64,000 bases of DNA from Penicillus capitatus. Its lineage: Eukaryota; Plantae; Chlorophyta. Under the pieces are notes generated by a model that did not search any database, was not told where the DNA came from, and was given only the letters and a program-made list of their open reading frames with translations. Below are positions 62,307 to 64,000 of this stretch, piece by piece. Location: positions 857,101-921,100 of the forward strand of contig OZ287701.1 in NCBI GenBank assembly GCA_965649825.1, read 5' to 3'. How positions within the stretch are numbered: the first letter of the stretch is position 1; every line of letters starts with the position of its first letter. The position numbers and the translations under genes are program-made.

Positions 62307-64000
62307 TTTTTTTTTTGAGAGCTTTTACATCTCCTTTTTAAAAAGATCAGGAGAGCGTCCATACAATGTAAGTGGTTCGATGTGTCTCAAAGCTAAAGGG
62401 TGTCGTTCCAAGATCTAGCGCGTCCACGCGGCTGTCTTGTCTCACGGGCCGAAGGCCCTTTTATCGTCCCCATCGTCTTCCTGTTTCTTGCCATTGTTTT
62501 GCGAGCACCTCTACGAACTCCGAGAGAGCCTCTGGGTGCGTAAATGCACATGCAATCGAAAGTGGGCCGTCGAGTTCACCCTCCAATCTTCGTCGGGCTT
62601 TGAGCAAGCTTGGGCACTCCAGGAGTAAGTGGTCTCGGTCCTCAAGTCGAGCCCCGCAGGGGCAACCTGTAGCCGCGTCCAGTTGGCCGAAGCGATGTAG
62701 ATACTGTCTGGAAGGGAAGTGGTTAGCTGTGAATTGGCTCAATCGGGAGGCTGGGTCTCGGTCTAGATACTTCGCTGGGAAGTGGCCTTTGCAGAATCTT
62801 CCCAGATGCTGCGTAAGATGCGCACTCTGTTCGCGACTTTTGATGTCCTGGAGGGCAGCTTGATTAAGGTACGCTGCAATCTTGATTTTCTGCCAGGATC
62901 GACTCAGAGCTGTCCCCTTGGGTAGTCCTTCCTTCTCTGAGGCCGCTCTCAGTGCTCGTTGCTGGGTAGCGAGGAAGGGGCTGAGCCCGGGCTTCCAAGT
63001 CGAGGTAGTCCAGAACACTAGATGACCGGTGTCTGCCCACTTGATGAGGCGGCGCTGTATCTGCGTGGCTGTCTCGCTGACATTCGAGAGACGCAGTGCG
63101 GTCTTTTTATGCCTGATCGTATCAGTGACTATTCCCAGGGTCTGGACCGCTTGCAATTGAGGGTCAGCGGTTCGTTCCATCAATTTGTCCAGTCCATTTC
63201 GAAGTCCCACCATGATCGCCTCTTCTTCGGAGGCCCAGTCCGGGTCCCACCAGGACTCCCTGAACTCCGACTCTTCCGAGGTGAGTATCCAGCAGGTGCC
63301 GAAGCTGTGCTTATCTGGATTTCGGCCAAGGGCCACCGTTAACAGCCAATCTGGCCGCTCTGTCTCTGGGATCGACATCGTTCCGTCCAGAAGTTGTCGG
63401 TGATGCGGTGGGATGGGACTCCAGTCTCGCTGAAGGGGGCCGCATGATCCTTGCGTCTTGATCGGCAGAGACCGTTGCCATCTGGACCATGCTATGCGTC
63501 GGTAACTTTGGCCGGCCGACCTCTCCTGGCGAGCCGAGGGCCATCCCGCGTACGCATCTTTCTGTCTTCGTCTCGATTCATAGTAGAGGCTTTGCATGAT
63601 AATCTGTTGCGTTGGCGGACGGACTCCTGAGAGCGCGAAGGCTGATGGGTACGATGTCGTGCGGAATGCTCCTGCTAAGAGGAGGCACGCTTGCCGGATT
63701 GCCTTCTCTAGTGGTGCCAGTGTCCGCGCACTATAAGCCACACTTTGCCAGACCACTGCTCCGTAGTAGGCGGCCGGCTCGATAGCCATGTGGACCAGTT
63801 TCTCCACTGCTGCCGGTAGCATTCCCCAGAATGGGCCGGTGAATCGCCGGATCTGATCGAGTCTGCCTCGGACCTTCTTAGCAGCATAGTGCACCTGTTC
63901 TGTCCACGAGAGAGTCATGTCAAACCAAATCCCAAGGTACAGCACGGCCTTCTGTTGGGGCAGCTGCTGCCCGTTGATGTGGAGCGGTCTTGGTGCGATA
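62307..64000 (-). mobile_element. Non-LTR retrotransposon (LINE) 3' part: RT C-terminus, RNase H-like domain, C-terminal zinc motif; possible poly(A) at 62307-62316
   Basis: ORF 62461-63945 has YLGIWFD..LSW..QV, YGAVVW, AGAFRTTS and CPCG...EDRDHLLLEC. A10 run on the element strand about 150 bp past the stop. The element continues beyond the window. Confidence 0.92.

Overview
Gene-dense eukaryotic nuclear DNA with many very short (about 40-60 nt) GT-AG introns and a standard genetic code (genes end in TAA, TAG or TGA). It is most likely a chlorophyte green alga. This is inferred from a PALE CRESS-like gene, plastid-transit-like N-termini, TGTAA motifs downstream of several genes and a divergent actin. 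Host genes: two purple acid phosphatase paralogues, YrdC/Sua5, a secreted Ala/Cys-rich protein, three aldo-keto reductases, PIG-X, two ICMT/PEMT-like membrane methyltransferases, an arrestin-domain protein, a membrane-anchored kinase-like protein, a Spinster-like MFS transporter, RBM25, actin and a PAC homologue. Mobile and accessory DNA: a 1.9-kb gag-only LTR element with identical LTRs and a 5-bp TSD, a Ty3/gypsy element with identical 149-bp LTRs and the same 13-nt PBS, LINE sequences and degenerate tandem repeats. The strongest candidates for novelty are (i) an intact, intron-containing Crypton-type tyrosine recombinase gene with a GCR1_C-like tail packed between other genes, (ii) a >2,200-aa NLR-like NACHT protein with about 29 HEAT repeats, many near-identical at DNA level but variable at a few fixed positions, (iii) the gag-only LTR element, and (iv) an ORF that starts with a captured SERCA M5-M6 fragment. 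All family calls come from manual motif recognition; no database search was run. Gene ends inferred through predicted introns are approximate.
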